Source: Bacteroidota bacterium
GTDB lineage: Bacteria > Bacteroidota > Bacteroidia > UKL13-3
Length of the DNA stretch: 64,000 nt
Reading direction: 5' to 3'
Assembly (NCBI GenBank): GCA_037141455.1
Contig: JBAXCN010000001.1
Location: forward strand, 27,825-91,824
The notes under the pieces are model-generated. The model saw only the letters and a list, made by a program, of their open reading frames with translations. It was not told where the DNA came from and did no database searches. The stretch's first letter is position 1. Every line of letters starts with the position of its first letter. Both the position numbers and the translations under genes were made by a program. This document shows, one piece after another, positions 35,523-45,098 of the stretch.

Positions 35523-37961
35523 ATGTTTGTAGAAAAAAGAAACGGTAAAAGAGAAAGTGTTAAATTTGACAAAGTAACTGCTAGAATTGAAAAACTAAGC
35601 TACAGTTTAAGCCCATTAATTGATGCAATTGACGTGGCGAAAAAAGTAGTAGAAGGAATTTATGATGGAGTTCCTACTACTGAGTTAGATAATTTAGCAG
35701 CTGAAACTGCCGCATCGCTTACTACAAAACACCCAGATTATGCTTTGTTAGCTAGTAGAATTGCTGTTAGTAATTTACATAAGAATACAATAAAGTCGTT
35801 CTCTGAGACAATGGAAAAGCTTTATAATTACACCGACAAAGGAACAGGGAAAAGAACACCATTAATTGCGGAGGATGTATACCAAATTATATTAGATAAT
35901 GCTGAACTTTTAGATAGTTCAATTATATATGATAGAGATTTTGCTTTCGATTATTTTGGTTTTAAAACCATAGAAAAATCTTATTTATTTAAAGTTGATG
36001 GAAAAGTAGCTGAACGTCCACAACACATGTATATGCGCGTTGCTCTGGGAATTCATAAAAACGACATTGATAGCGTAATTGAAACATACAATTTAATGAG
36101 CGAAAAATGGTTCACCCATGCAACACCAACTTTGTTTAACGCGGGAACACCTAAGCCACAAATGAGCAGTTGTTTTCTTCTAACAATGAAAGAAGATAGT
36201 ATTGATGGTATTTACGACACATTAAAACAAACTGCTAAAATTTCGCAAAGTGCTGGTGGAATTGGATTAGCAATACACAACATTAGAGCTACAGGAAGTT
36301 ATATTGGTGGTACAAACGGAACTAGTAATGGTATAATTCCTATGTTGCGAGTTTTTAACGACACAGCGCGTTATGTTGACCAAGGAGGAGGGAAAAGAAA
36401 AGGTGCGTTTGCAATTTACTTGGAGCCGTGGCATGCTGATGTTTTTGCGTTTTTGGATTTAAGAAAAAATCATGGTAAAGAAGAAATGCGTGCTAGAGAT
36501 TTGTTTTACGCACTTTGGATTTGCGATTTATTTATGAAACGTGTGGAAGAAAATGGCGAATGGAGTTTATTCTGCCCAAATGAAGCACCAGGTTTAAGCG
36601 ATTGTTGGGGCGAAGAATTTGAAGCATTGTACACAAAATATGAATTAGCAGGAAAAGCCCGTCAAGTTATTAAAGCGCAGGATTTATGGTTTGCAATTAT
36701 GGAATCTCAAATTGAAACCGGCACTCCTTATATGCTTTATAAAGATGCAGCAAATAGAAAAAGCAACCAACAAAATTTAGGAACCATTAAAAGTAGTAAC
36801 TTATGTACTGAAATAATGGAATTTACAAGTCCTGATGAAGTTGCTGTATGTAATTTAGCATCTTTAGCGCTTCCAAGATTTGTAATTAATGGTAAGTTCG
36901 ACCATAAAAAATTATATGATGTAACATATCAGGTTACTAAAAATTTAAATAAAATAATAGATAATAATTACTATCCAGTTATTGAAGCTCAAACTTCTAA
37001 CATGCGTCATCGTCCAATTGGACTTGGTGTTCAAGGATTGGCAGACGCTTTTATTTTATTAAGATTGCCTTTTGAAAGTGAACAAGCCAAGCAATTAAAC
37101 AAAAATATTTTTGAAACAATTTACTTTGCCTCATTAACTGCTAGTAAAGATTTAGCAAAAATTGAAGGGCCTTACGAAACATTTAAAGGGTCACCTTTAT
37201 CAAAAGGAAAGTTCCAATTTGATTTATGGGATGTGAATGCAACAGAAAATTGGAATTGGGAAGAATTAAGAAAAGAAGTAATGGAGTTTGGGGTTAGAAA
37301 TTCGTTATTAGTTGCCCCAATGCCAACAGCTTCAACCTCTCAAATACTTGGAAACAATGAGTGCTTTGAACCATATACTTCAAATATTTATACAAGAAGA
37401 GTATTAAGTGGCGAATTTGTTGTTGTAAACAAACATTTATTAAAAGATTTAGTTCAATTAGGTTTATGGACTAATGATATGAAAAATAAAATAATTGGAG
37501 CAAATGGTTCAATTCAGAATATACATGGAATTCCAGAAAATATTAAAGAACTTTACAAAACAGTTTGGGAAATAAAACAACGTAATTTAATTGACATGGC
37601 TGCCGATAGAGGTGCTTATATTTGTCAATCACAATCGTTAAATTTATTTGTTGATAGTCCAAGTTCGTCAAAATTAACATCAATGCATTTTTATGCTTGG
37701 AAAAAAGGTTTGAAAACAGGAATGTATTATTTGCGCTCCCAAGCAGCAACTCAAGCAGTTCAGTTTACTATAGAAAAGCAAGGAAACAACGATATGGAAC
37801 CAATGGTACCTGTTATTGAAAATAATAATGCTGAGATTGAAAAACCAGTTTTAGCAGGCGAACCCGTTGTAGTTTATGGTAATAAAATTGACGAAATTAC
37901 AACAGATTTTACTGGCCAGGTTTGTACCATGGAAGAAGGATGTGTTACATGTAGTAGTTAA
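35523..37961 (+). CDS. nrdA: Class Ia ribonucleotide reductase alpha subunit with ATP-cone
   Basis: N-terminal ATP-cone ([20 protein letters not shown]), active-site SSNLCTEI, and C-terminal Cys pair CVTCSS. 812 aa. Confidence 0.9.
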   Translation: MFVEKRNGKRESVKFDKVTARIEKLSYSLSPLIDAIDVAKKVVEGIYDGVPTTELDNLAAETAASLTTKHPDYALLASRIAVSNLHKNTIKSFSETMEKLYNYTDKGTGKRTPLIAEDVYQIILDNAELLDSSIIYDRDFAFDYFGFKTIEKSYLFKVDGKVAERPQHMYMRVALGIHKNDIDSVIETYNLMSEKWFTHATPTLFNAGTPKPQMSSCFLLTMKEDSIDGIYDTLKQTAKISQSAGGIGLAIHNIRATGSYIGGTNGTSNGIIPMLRVFNDTARYVDQGGGKRKGAFAIYLEPWHADVFAFLDLRKNHGKEEMRARDLFYALWICDLFMKRVEENGEWSLFCPNEAPGLSDCWGEEFEALYTKYELAGKARQVIKAQDLWFAIMESQIETGTPYMLYKDAANRKSNQQNLGTIKSSNLCTEIMEFTSPDEVAVCNLASLALPRFVINGKFDHKKLYDVTYQVTKNLNKIIDNNYYPVIEAQTSNMRHRPIGLGVQGLADAFILLRLPFESEQAKQLNKNIFETIYFASLTASKDLAKIEGPYETFKGSPLSKGKFQFDLWDVNATENWNWEELRKEVMEFGVRNSLLVAPMPTASTSQILGNNECFEPYTSNIYTRRVLSGEFVVVNKHLLKDLVQLGLWTNDMKNKIIGANGSIQNIHGIPENIKELYKTVWEIKQRNLIDMAADRGAYICQSQSLNLFVDSPSSSKLTSMHFYAWKKGLKTGMYYLRSQAATQAVQFTIEKQGNNDMEPMVPVIENNNAEIEKPVLAGEPVVVYGNKIDEITTDFTGQVCTMEEGCVTCSS

Positions 37962-37983
37962 AAAAAATACACATAAATTTTTT

Positions 37984-38014
37984 AAAAGCCATAAATTTTA
38001 TTTGTGGCTTTTTT
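37984..38014 (+). terminator. Rho-independent terminator after nrdA
   Basis: Stem gccataaa / tttgtggc (one G-T pair) with loop tttta, followed by tttttt. Its tail reaches the stop of the convergent hydrolase gene. Confidence 0.65.
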
Positions 38015-38981
38015 ATTTTATAAAACCGGACACAAATTCAAGTGCCCTCATTTCAGAGTAATAAATTCCGTTTATTTCATTCATTAAAAAGCCAACATGT
38101 CCTCCATGTTTAGGTGTTTCTAAATATAAAAATTTGTGTTTTTTTGCTAATTCAATGGGATAGCATTTTTCGGATAAAAATGGATCGTTCAAGGCGTTAA
38201 TCAATAAAGTTGGAATTTTAATTTGATGTAAAAATTGTAATGAATTACTTTTATTGTAGTAATCTTTTGCATCAATAAAACCATTTGTTTTTGCAGTAAA
38301 TCTTGTATCCCATTCATGAAAATTATTAATTTTATTGATTCCGGTAATGTCAATAACTCCCGGAAATTGAATCGATTTAGTTATCATTTTTTTATTTAAT
38401 GTTTTTAAAAAACGAATCATATATGGTTTATTCCAGTTTTTACTTAAAACTTTTGAGCTTGAATCTAAATCAATTGGTACTGAAAATGCAAATGCAGATG
38501 TAATTACTTTATTTAGATTGAATGATTGTTCACCCAAATATTTTAATAAAACATTTCCTCCCAAACTAAATCCCCCTAATACTATACTTGTATAATTTTT
38601 ATTATTTAAAACATATTCAATTATTAAATTAACATCATCACTTTTACCCATATGGTAACTGCTTAAAAGTCGATTGTTTTCTCCGCTACAACTTCTAAAA
38701 TTAACAGCACAAATATTGAAATTATTTTGGTAGAAGTGCTTAGCAAAGCCTTTGATGTATTGAGAGTTTGAGCTACCCTCTAATCCATGAAACAATATCA
38801 ATAACTTTTTATTATTGTTTTTAAATTTCCAATCCAAGTCTATAAAATCTCCATCATCTAATTCTAAACGTTCACGTGTATATTTTATTGGAATTTTTCT
38901 AAAAAGTGCTGGGATAATTGTTTCTAAATGTTTATTTTTATTCCACTTGTTTCCTTTATATTTACTGATTAAATAAGGCAT
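38013..38981 (-). CDS. Alpha/beta hydrolase (YheT-like esterase)
   Basis: HGLEGSS oxyanion region and nucleophile elbow GFSLGGN. C-terminal His in GGHVGF. Confidence 0.7.
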   Translation of the reverse strand: MPYLISKYKGNKWNKNKHLETIIPALFRKIPIKYTRERLELDDGDFIDLDWKFKNNNKKLLILFHGLEGSSNSQYIKGFAKHFYQNNFNICAVNFRSCSGENNRLLSSYHMGKSDDVNLIIEYVLNNKNYTSIVLGGFSLGGNVLLKYLGEQSFNLNKVITSAFAFSVPIDLDSSSKVLSKNWNKPYMIRFLKTLNKKMITKSIQFPGVIDITGINKINNFHEWDTRFTAKTNGFIDAKDYYNKSNSLQFLHQIKIPTLLINALNDPFLSEKCYPIELAKKHKFLYLETPKHGGHVGFLMNEINGIYYSEMRALEFVSGFIK

Positions 38982-39075
38982 AGTTTAAAACTTATGTTTA
39001 AAAATATTGTTCATAAATTATTAGTAGTTTAACCATTAAATATTGTTAAACTTTTAATATTGAGATGTAAATAAA

Positions 39076-39753
39076 ATGAAAAATAATTTAATATTTATTT
39101 GTATATTTTTTTTGGTAAATTCAGCTAAGTCACAAATTGGATTTCACAAATTTTCAATTTACGGAAATGGCGGTGTTTCAATTAACGATAACTTTGATTA
39201 TCATCCAACTAACACTGCTTTTGGAGAATTAGGCGCACGCTATCATTTAGGGAAAGGTTTGTCAGTTGGGTTAAATATCAATTCTGTTTTTTTTAGAAAA
39301 GCCATTAATTTAAATGATTATGTTGCTAGTTTTTACACTCAATATAACGGTTTGGGAATTTCAACTTTATACGAAAATGAAATTTTTACAAAGTGGTATT
39401 TAGGAATAGGTGGAAGTTTAAACTTTGGATTATTTACGGGTAAAATTTATGATAATTTTGGAGGTAATTTAGGCTTAACTTCTGGGGTACTTGATGTTTA
39501 TTTAGATAGAAGAGTTTTAAATTATGTTGGGAATATTAATTTAAGAACTTATTTAACTTCTAACTTAGATTTTCAATTAGGAGTAAGTTACAATCACTTT
39601 CAATCATATTATTTAGATATGTATAATATTAATGATAAACTAGATACTTATTTTATTGGTTATGTAGGATTAGTTTATAAATTTGGAGAGGCAGATGGGA
39701 TGGGAGTTGGAATAAACTCGAAAAGATTGAAATGTCCGAATGTGAATTATTAA
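39076..39753 (+). CDS. Hypothetical outer-membrane beta-barrel protein
   Basis: Signal peptide, alternating-hydrophobicity strands with aromatic girdle residues, and a Gly-rich sequence. No enzyme motif. Confidence 0.4.
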   Translation: MKNNLIFICIFFLVNSAKSQIGFHKFSIYGNGGVSINDNFDYHPTNTAFGELGARYHLGKGLSVGLNINSVFFRKAINLNDYVASFYTQYNGLGISTLYENEIFTKWYLGIGGSLNFGLFTGKIYDNFGGNLGLTSGVLDVYLDRRVLNYVGNINLRTYLTSNLDFQLGVSYNHFQSYYLDMYNINDKLDTYFIGYVGLVYKFGEADGMGVGINSKRLKCPNVNY

Positions 39754-39811
39754 AATTCATCATTCTTATTTTCAATATTTATTATATTTTGCAACTTTAT
39801 TACATATTTTC

Positions 39812-40597
39812 ATGGATTTTAAAGTAAAAACATTAGCTGAAGTTGTTGCTTCAAGTGAACAAATAGATATTTTATTTTGGGTTGGGTGTGCAGGAAGTTT
39901 TGACGAGCGAGCCCAAAAAATAACTAAAGCAGTTGCAAAAATATTACATAAAGCCGATATTAATTTTGCAATATTAGGAACCGAAGAAGCATGTACAGGC
40001 GATCCAGCAAAAAGAGCGGGTAACGAATTTTTGTTTCAAATGTTAGCCATGCAAAACATTACAACCATGAATGCTTATGGTGTAAAAAAAATTGTAACTG
40101 CTTGTCCGCATTGTTTTAATACTATTAAAAACGAATACCCGCAACTTGGAGGTAACTATGAAGTAGTTCACCATACTGAATTACTAAACGAACTTTTAAC
40201 AACTGGTAAATTAAGCATTGAAGGTGGTGCTTTTAAAGGAAAGCGAATTACTTACCACGATAGTTGCTACCTTGGCAGAGCAAATAATATTTATGAAGCA
40301 CCAAGAAGTGTAATTGAAAAACTAGACATTGAATTAGTAGAAATGAAACGCGCAAAAGCCAATGGTTTATGTTGCGGAGCAGGTGGAGCGCAAATGTTTA
40401 AAGATGCTGAAGAAGGAACTAAAGAAGTAAATTTGGAAAGAGCAGACGATATGCTTGAAACTAAAGCAAACATTGTTGCCGCAGCTTGTCCATTTTGTAT
40501 GACTATGCTAAGAGATGGTATAAAACACCATAACAAGGAAGAAGAAGTTCAAGTGTTGGATGTAGCTGAATTAATTGCCAATGCGATTGATTTGTAG
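39812..40597 (+). CDS. Cysteine-rich (CCG-domain) Fe-S binding protein, GlpC/LutA/HdrD-like
   Basis: Two CCG-type motifs: WVGCAGS...CPHCFNT and CYLGR...LCCGAGG...CPFC. Confidence 0.7.
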   Translation: MDFKVKTLAEVVASSEQIDILFWVGCAGSFDERAQKITKAVAKILHKADINFAILGTEEACTGDPAKRAGNEFLFQMLAMQNITTMNAYGVKKIVTACPHCFNTIKNEYPQLGGNYEVVHHTELLNELLTTGKLSIEGGAFKGKRITYHDSCYLGRANNIYEAPRSVIEKLDIELVEMKRAKANGLCCGAGGAQMFKDAEEGTKEVNLERADDMLETKANIVAAACPFCMTMLRDGIKHHNKEEEVQVLDVAELIANAIDL

Positions 40598-40747
40598 TTA
40601 ACTATTTTCTAACTCATCATTTGGGTTAGGGAGTGGTATTATTACATCTTCAACTATTCCATCAACTTTGCACCAATTACAATTTGATAAATTATCTAAA
40701 AAACCTTTTCCCTCGCAAACAGGGCATATATAACCACAAGTAGACAT
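40598..40747 (-). CDS. Small zinc-ribbon-like protein (49 aa), hypothetical
   Basis: MSTCGYICPVCEGKGFLDNLSNCNWCKVDG... has CPVC and CNWC pairs. ATG 40747 lies 4 nt after an exact TACATTTG box (40752-40759, minus strand). The longer ORF-track start would overlap the divergent gene. Confidence 0.3.
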   Translation of the reverse strand: MSTCGYICPVCEGKGFLDNLSNCNWCKVDGIVEDVIIPLPNPNDELENS

Positions 40748-40751
40748 TATA

Positions 40752-40759
40752 CAAATGTA
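40752..40759 (-). promoter_or_regulatory. Bacteroidota -7 promoter box (TAnnTTTG)
   Basis: TACATTTG on the minus strand, 4 nt upstream of ATG 40747 of the small Cys-rich ORF. Confidence 0.3.
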
Positions 40760-43278
40760 TGAATAAAATATACCTAATAGTATTCCTTGCTTTATTATCG
40801 AATAATTTATTTGCGCAAGCAACCAAAACAAAAACCAATTTGTTAGGCAAGGTTTATGAAACTAATAATTATTATGAATTAATAAAACTGCAAGACAATT
40901 ATTGGAATAATAATCCAAATAAAAATAATAAAGGTTCAGGCTACAAAGTATACCAACGTTGGAAAGAATATTGGCAATATTATTTAAATGCCGATAGCAC
41001 TTTAATGACAGGTGAACAAATAGCAAATGAGTATTTAACTCAAAGAAATAATACTAAGTCTTTAAGTAAAAATACCGATAGTTTAAATAATAGCAATTGG
41101 ATTCCTTTAGGTCCGTTTACCCATGAAAATCAGGGGTCATGGAGCGCAGGACAAGGGCGAGTTAATTTTTCTATTGTAGACCCAAATAATCCAAATATAA
41201 TATACATTGGTGCACCACAAGGTGGAGTTTGGAAAAGTGTAGACAACGGAAATTCATGGAAAATTTTAACCGATAGTACACCAATTTCAGGTTCTTCGGG
41301 TATTGCAATTGATTACAATAATTCAAATATTATTTATGTTTCAACAGGCGATGAAGATACAGGTGAAAATCCCTCAAACGGAATATTTAAAAGTACAGAT
41401 GGTGGACTCACTTGGGTTCAAACTTCATTTCCAACTAATATATCTAAAATTGGCGAAATTTTAATAAATCCAACCAACTCAAATATGTTGTGGGTAGTTT
41501 CATCGAATGGAATTTACAAAAGTATTGATGCTGGAAATACTTGGGTACGAAAATTCAACTTTGTTTGTTCCGAAATACGTTTAAAACCCAATGATTTTAA
41601 TACCATTTATGCTGTTTCGAGAGTGGGTACAAATATTAGCATTATTAAGTCGATTGATGCTGGAGAAACATTTGCAACCATTCAATCATACACCAATGCG
41701 GGCAGAACAATGATTGATGTAACTCCTGCAAATCCCAATTATTTATATGTGTTAGTTTCTGATAATGATGAGTCGTTTAAAGGAATTTATAGGTCAACAA
41801 ATTCAGGAGGAACTTTTACAACTCAAAATACCACAACCGATATTTATGATAGATCAACACAATCTGATTTTGATTTGGCATTGGCAGTTTCCGACACTGA
41901 TCCTAACTTAATTTATACAGGTTGCTTAAACGTTTGGAAATCGACCAATGGGGGAGTAACTTTAACAAAAGTAAACAATTGGAGTAGTCCAAGTTCTGTA
42001 CTTTATACTCATGCAGATATTCATGATTTGAAATTTTATAACGGAAAATTATATGCTGGAACCGATGGTGGAATTTATATTTCTAATAATACCATTTCAT
42101 CATTTACCGATAAAACTAAAAACGGTTTAAACATTAGTCAGTTTTATAGAATAGATGTTGCACAATCGAAAAATGTGGAGATAGTAGGTGGCTTACAAGA
42201 CAATGGGGGTTACTCGTTTGCAAATAATGCTTGGATAAATTACCACGGGGCAGATGGAATGGATGCTGCCATTAACCCAACTAATTTGAACGAACATTAT
42301 GGTTTTATTCAAAATGGTGGTTCACTTTATACGTTAGATATTTCAACTCCCGGCAATAGTGGTAACTTTGCAGCTAGTGCTCCATTTGGTGAAACTGGTA
42401 ATTGGATTACTCCTTTAGAATACGGAAATAATGGAACTTTGTATGCTGGCTACAACAGTTTATATGCATTTACTGGGGGTGGATTTAACATGGTATCATC
42501 ACAAATTTTTAATAGAATAAAGTTCATTCGCGTTCATCCTTCCAATGATTTGAAAGTACTGGTTTCAGACGAGTCTCGTTTGTATATTTCTGATGGAACA
42601 GAAACTTTTAATTTCACTTATTTGGGTTCATTGCCAATAGGAAATTTAAAAAGTTTTGATTTTAATAGAAATGATCCTACTATTATTTATGCCATGAGTA
42701 ATGCCGGCATTTATAAATCGGTTGATGAAGGAAAAAAATGGCAGAATATAACTTATAATTTGCCATTAGGTGCTAAAAATGCATTGGTTCATCAGGCTAG
42801 TAGTTTTAATAATACTGTTTATGTAGCTACAAATAAAGCTGTATATTATATCAATGATTCGTTAACTGAATGGAAATTGTTTAGTAATAATTTACCAAAT
42901 ACCACTATCACCGACATTGAAATTAATAATATTGAAAATCATTTAATCATTTCAACTTATGGTAGAGGAATTTGGCGTTCGGCAGTAGCTACCGAAAGCT
43001 TAAAAGTAGAAGAACAAATACCACACGATTCGACCAACAGTAAAAGTATAGTATTGTTTCCCAACCCCATAAAAGATTTTGCAAGTATTAATACTACTAT
43101 AGATGAGCAAGTTGAAATAAAAGTATTTGCTGTAAACGGTCAATTGGTTTTAAATTTAAAATATCCAAGAATTGATAAGGATACACCTATTGATTTTTCG
43201 CATTTGGCCGATGGGACATATGTGTTTAATTTAATTTCAGAAAAACATTTGATCACTAAAATGTTTGTTAAATATTAG
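40759..43278 (+). CDS. BNR/Asp-box repeat (sortilin/VPS10-like) secreted protein with T9SS C-terminal sorting domain
   Basis: Signal peptide. At least 7 Asp-box-like motifs (WKSVDNGNSW, FKSTDGGLTW, YKSIDAGNTW, YRSTNSGGTF, WKSTNGGVT, YKSVDEGKKW). C-terminal LFPNPIKDFASIN...GTYVFNLISE is a T9SS CTD. Confidence 0.7.
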   Translation: MNKIYLIVFLALLSNNLFAQATKTKTNLLGKVYETNNYYELIKLQDNYWNNNPNKNNKGSGYKVYQRWKEYWQYYLNADSTLMTGEQIANEYLTQRNNTKSLSKNTDSLNNSNWIPLGPFTHENQGSWSAGQGRVNFSIVDPNNPNIIYIGAPQGGVWKSVDNGNSWKILTDSTPISGSSGIAIDYNNSNIIYVSTGDEDTGENPSNGIFKSTDGGLTWVQTSFPTNISKIGEILINPTNSNMLWVVSSNGIYKSIDAGNTWVRKFNFVCSEIRLKPNDFNTIYAVSRVGTNISIIKSIDAGETFATIQSYTNAGRTMIDVTPANPNYLYVLVSDNDESFKGIYRSTNSGGTFTTQNTTTDIYDRSTQSDFDLALAVSDTDPNLIYTGCLNVWKSTNGGVTLTKVNNWSSPSSVLYTHADIHDLKFYNGKLYAGTDGGIYISNNTISSFTDKTKNGLNISQFYRIDVAQSKNVEIVGGLQDNGGYSFANNAWINYHGADGMDAAINPTNLNEHYGFIQNGGSLYTLDISTPGNSGNFAASAPFGETGNWITPLEYGNNGTLYAGYNSLYAFTGGGFNMVSSQIFNRIKFIRVHPSNDLKVLVSDESRLYISDGTETFNFTYLGSLPIGNLKSFDFNRNDPTIIYAMSNAGIYKSVDEGKKWQNITYNLPLGAKNALVHQASSFNNTVYVATNKAVYYINDSLTEWKLFSNNLPNTTITDIEINNIENHLIISTYGRGIWRSAVATESLKVEEQIPHDSTNSKSIVLFPNPIKDFASINTTIDEQVEIKVFAVNGQLVLNLKYPRIDKDTPIDFSHLADGTYVFNLISEKHLITKMFVKY

Positions 43279-43279
43279 T

Positions 43280-44974
43280 TTACTGAGGTTGTTTTTGATT
43301 AAATATTTTTTGAAAAATAAAACTAAAAATCATTACCAAAAGGCAACCAATTACATTTAACCATAAAAATGCGGTGAGGTTAATATACCAAGCATAAACT
43401 ATAAATGCTTCGGCTAATAGTGCGGCATAAAAAACTGCTTTTCCTTGAATGGTTTTCATGTAAAATGCCACTAAAAATATCCCTAAAATAGTACCATAAA
43501 AAAGCGAGCCTAATATATTTACTGCCTCAATTAAATTGCCTAGTTTACTGGCATAAAAGGCAGTAATAATACAAAATATACCCCAGCCAACTGTTGCCAA
43601 TCGCGAAGCGTTTAAATAAAACTTTTCGCTTTTTTGTTGCTTAAATATACGTTTGTAAAAATCAACAATGGTAGTGGAGGCCAATGAGTTTAAACCACTG
43701 GCAGTGGAGCCCATGGCTGCTAAAAATATAACTGCAATTAAAATGCCTACAATGCCAACAGGCAATTGCTTGGTTACAAAAGTTAAAAACACAAAATTGG
43801 TATCATTTACATCGGCTTTTGGGTCGTTGTAAATTAGTATATCAGTAGCTATTTTTTTGTATTTGTGTGCAAGTTTTTCGTTCTGTAATAAGTTAGCTTG
43901 TGTACTTTTAACAGATACATTGTCGTTGTTTTTTATAGCTGCCAATAAGTTGTTTGCCAATTTTTTCTTTTTCTCACTAATATTATCATAGTGTTGGTTT
44001 ATTAGTTTAAAGTGTTCTTTAAATTTACTATTTTCAATTTTAGTAACTTCGGTTTTATTAAAGAAAATGGGTGGCTGGTTAAATTGATAAAAAGTAAAAA
44101 CCAATGCACCTATCATTAGTATAAAAAACTGCATAGGTATTTTTACCAATCCATTCATTATTAATCCTAATCTGCTTTGTGTAATAGAACTGCCCGTAAG
44201 GTAACGCCCTACCTGCGATTGATCAGTTCCAAAATACGATAGTTGCAGAAAAAAGCCACCTATTATACCCGACCAAATATTGTATCGGTTATTTAAATCA
44301 AAATTAAAATCGATGGTGTTTAATTTATTCATTTTACCTGCAATGTGCAGCGCATCTATGAAACCAACATTTGCTGGCAATAAATAAACCACCATAAATG
44401 CAGCTAAAATTAACCCTGAAAATATAATTCCCATTTGCAACATTTGGGTATACGATACTGCCTTAGTGCCGCCATAAACCGTATAAGTTATTACCAAAAG
44501 GCCATTAAAAAGTATGGTGTAAGTAATATCAATATTTAAAATGGTGGACAAAATAATGGCTGGTGCATAAATGGTAATTCCTGTAGAAAGTCCACGTTGT
44601 AGCAAAAATAAAAATGCAGTTAAAGAGCGAGTTTTGCTATCAAATCGTTTCTCTAAAAATTCGTAAGCAGTATATACATTTAGCTTACTAAACATAGGAA
44701 TAAATGTAATACACAGCACCACCATTGCCAGCGGTAAGCCAAAGTAAAACTGTATGAAACGCATGCCATCGCTATAAGCTTGGCCGGGAGCAGATAGAAA
44801 TGTAATGGCACTGGCCTGAGTAGCCATAACCGATAGGCCCACATGGTACCAAGGTAATTTTCTATCAGCTAATAAATATCCTTCAATATTTTTGGTTCCC
44901 CTACTTTTCCAGATACCATAAATAATGATACCCAATAAGGTAATGATCAATACTGCCCAATCGATATTGCTCAT
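43280..44974 (-). CDS. Sodium:solute symporter (SSS family)
   Basis: 13-14 TM helices with one ~90-aa hydrophilic insert. The N-terminal GR.LPWY..G.S..AT..SA.TFL pattern is typical of SSS carriers. Confidence 0.8.
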   Translation of the reverse strand: MSNIDWAVLIITLLGIIIYGIWKSRGTKNIEGYLLADRKLPWYHVGLSVMATQASAITFLSAPGQAYSDGMRFIQFYFGLPLAMVVLCITFIPMFSKLNVYTAYEFLEKRFDSKTRSLTAFLFLLQRGLSTGITIYAPAIILSTILNIDITYTILFNGLLVITYTVYGGTKAVSYTQMLQMGIIFSGLILAAFMVVYLLPANVGFIDALHIAGKMNKLNTIDFNFDLNNRYNIWSGIIGGFFLQLSYFGTDQSQVGRYLTGSSITQSRLGLIMNGLVKIPMQFFILMIGALVFTFYQFNQPPIFFNKTEVTKIENSKFKEHFKLINQHYDNISEKKKKLANNLLAAIKNNDNVSVKSTQANLLQNEKLAHKYKKIATDILIYNDPKADVNDTNFVFLTFVTKQLPVGIVGILIAVIFLAAMGSTASGLNSLASTTIVDFYKRIFKQQKSEKFYLNASRLATVGWGIFCIITAFYASKLGNLIEAVNILGSLFYGTILGIFLVAFYMKTIQGKAVFYAALLAEAFIVYAWYINLTAFLWLNVIGCLLVMIFSFIFQKIFNQKQPQ

Positions 44975-45093
44975 TTAAAAAATTGATTGAACCAATACAA
45001 CAACAAAATAGTTAACACCAAAAAAGCAATTACAAAAACATAAACATGTGTCCATGTTTTAAAAAAAAAATGCTTTGGTTTATGCTTGTTCAT
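44971..45093 (-). CDS. Candidate 40-aa single-pass membrane peptide, translationally coupled to the symporter
   Basis: Absent from the ORF track (shorter than 60 aa). Translated by hand: MNKHKPKHFFFKTWTHVYVFVIAFLVLTILLLYWFNQFFK. The ATG lies 5 nt after the PIG-L gene stop. Its TGA overlaps the symporter ATG (ATGA). Confidence 0.35.
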   Translation of the reverse strand: MNKHKPKHFFFKTWTHVYVFVIAFLVLTILLLYWFNQFFK

Positions 45094-45098
45094 AGAGA

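Noticed and set aside
39812-40597. CCG-domain Fe-S protein as a truncated fragment of a larger fusion protein
   Set aside because: The ORF has its own ATG with no in-frame upstream homology. It contains both CCG motifs, and two-CCG proteins of ~260 aa exist as separate subunits. The missing 4Fe-4S partner may simply be encoded elsewhere.
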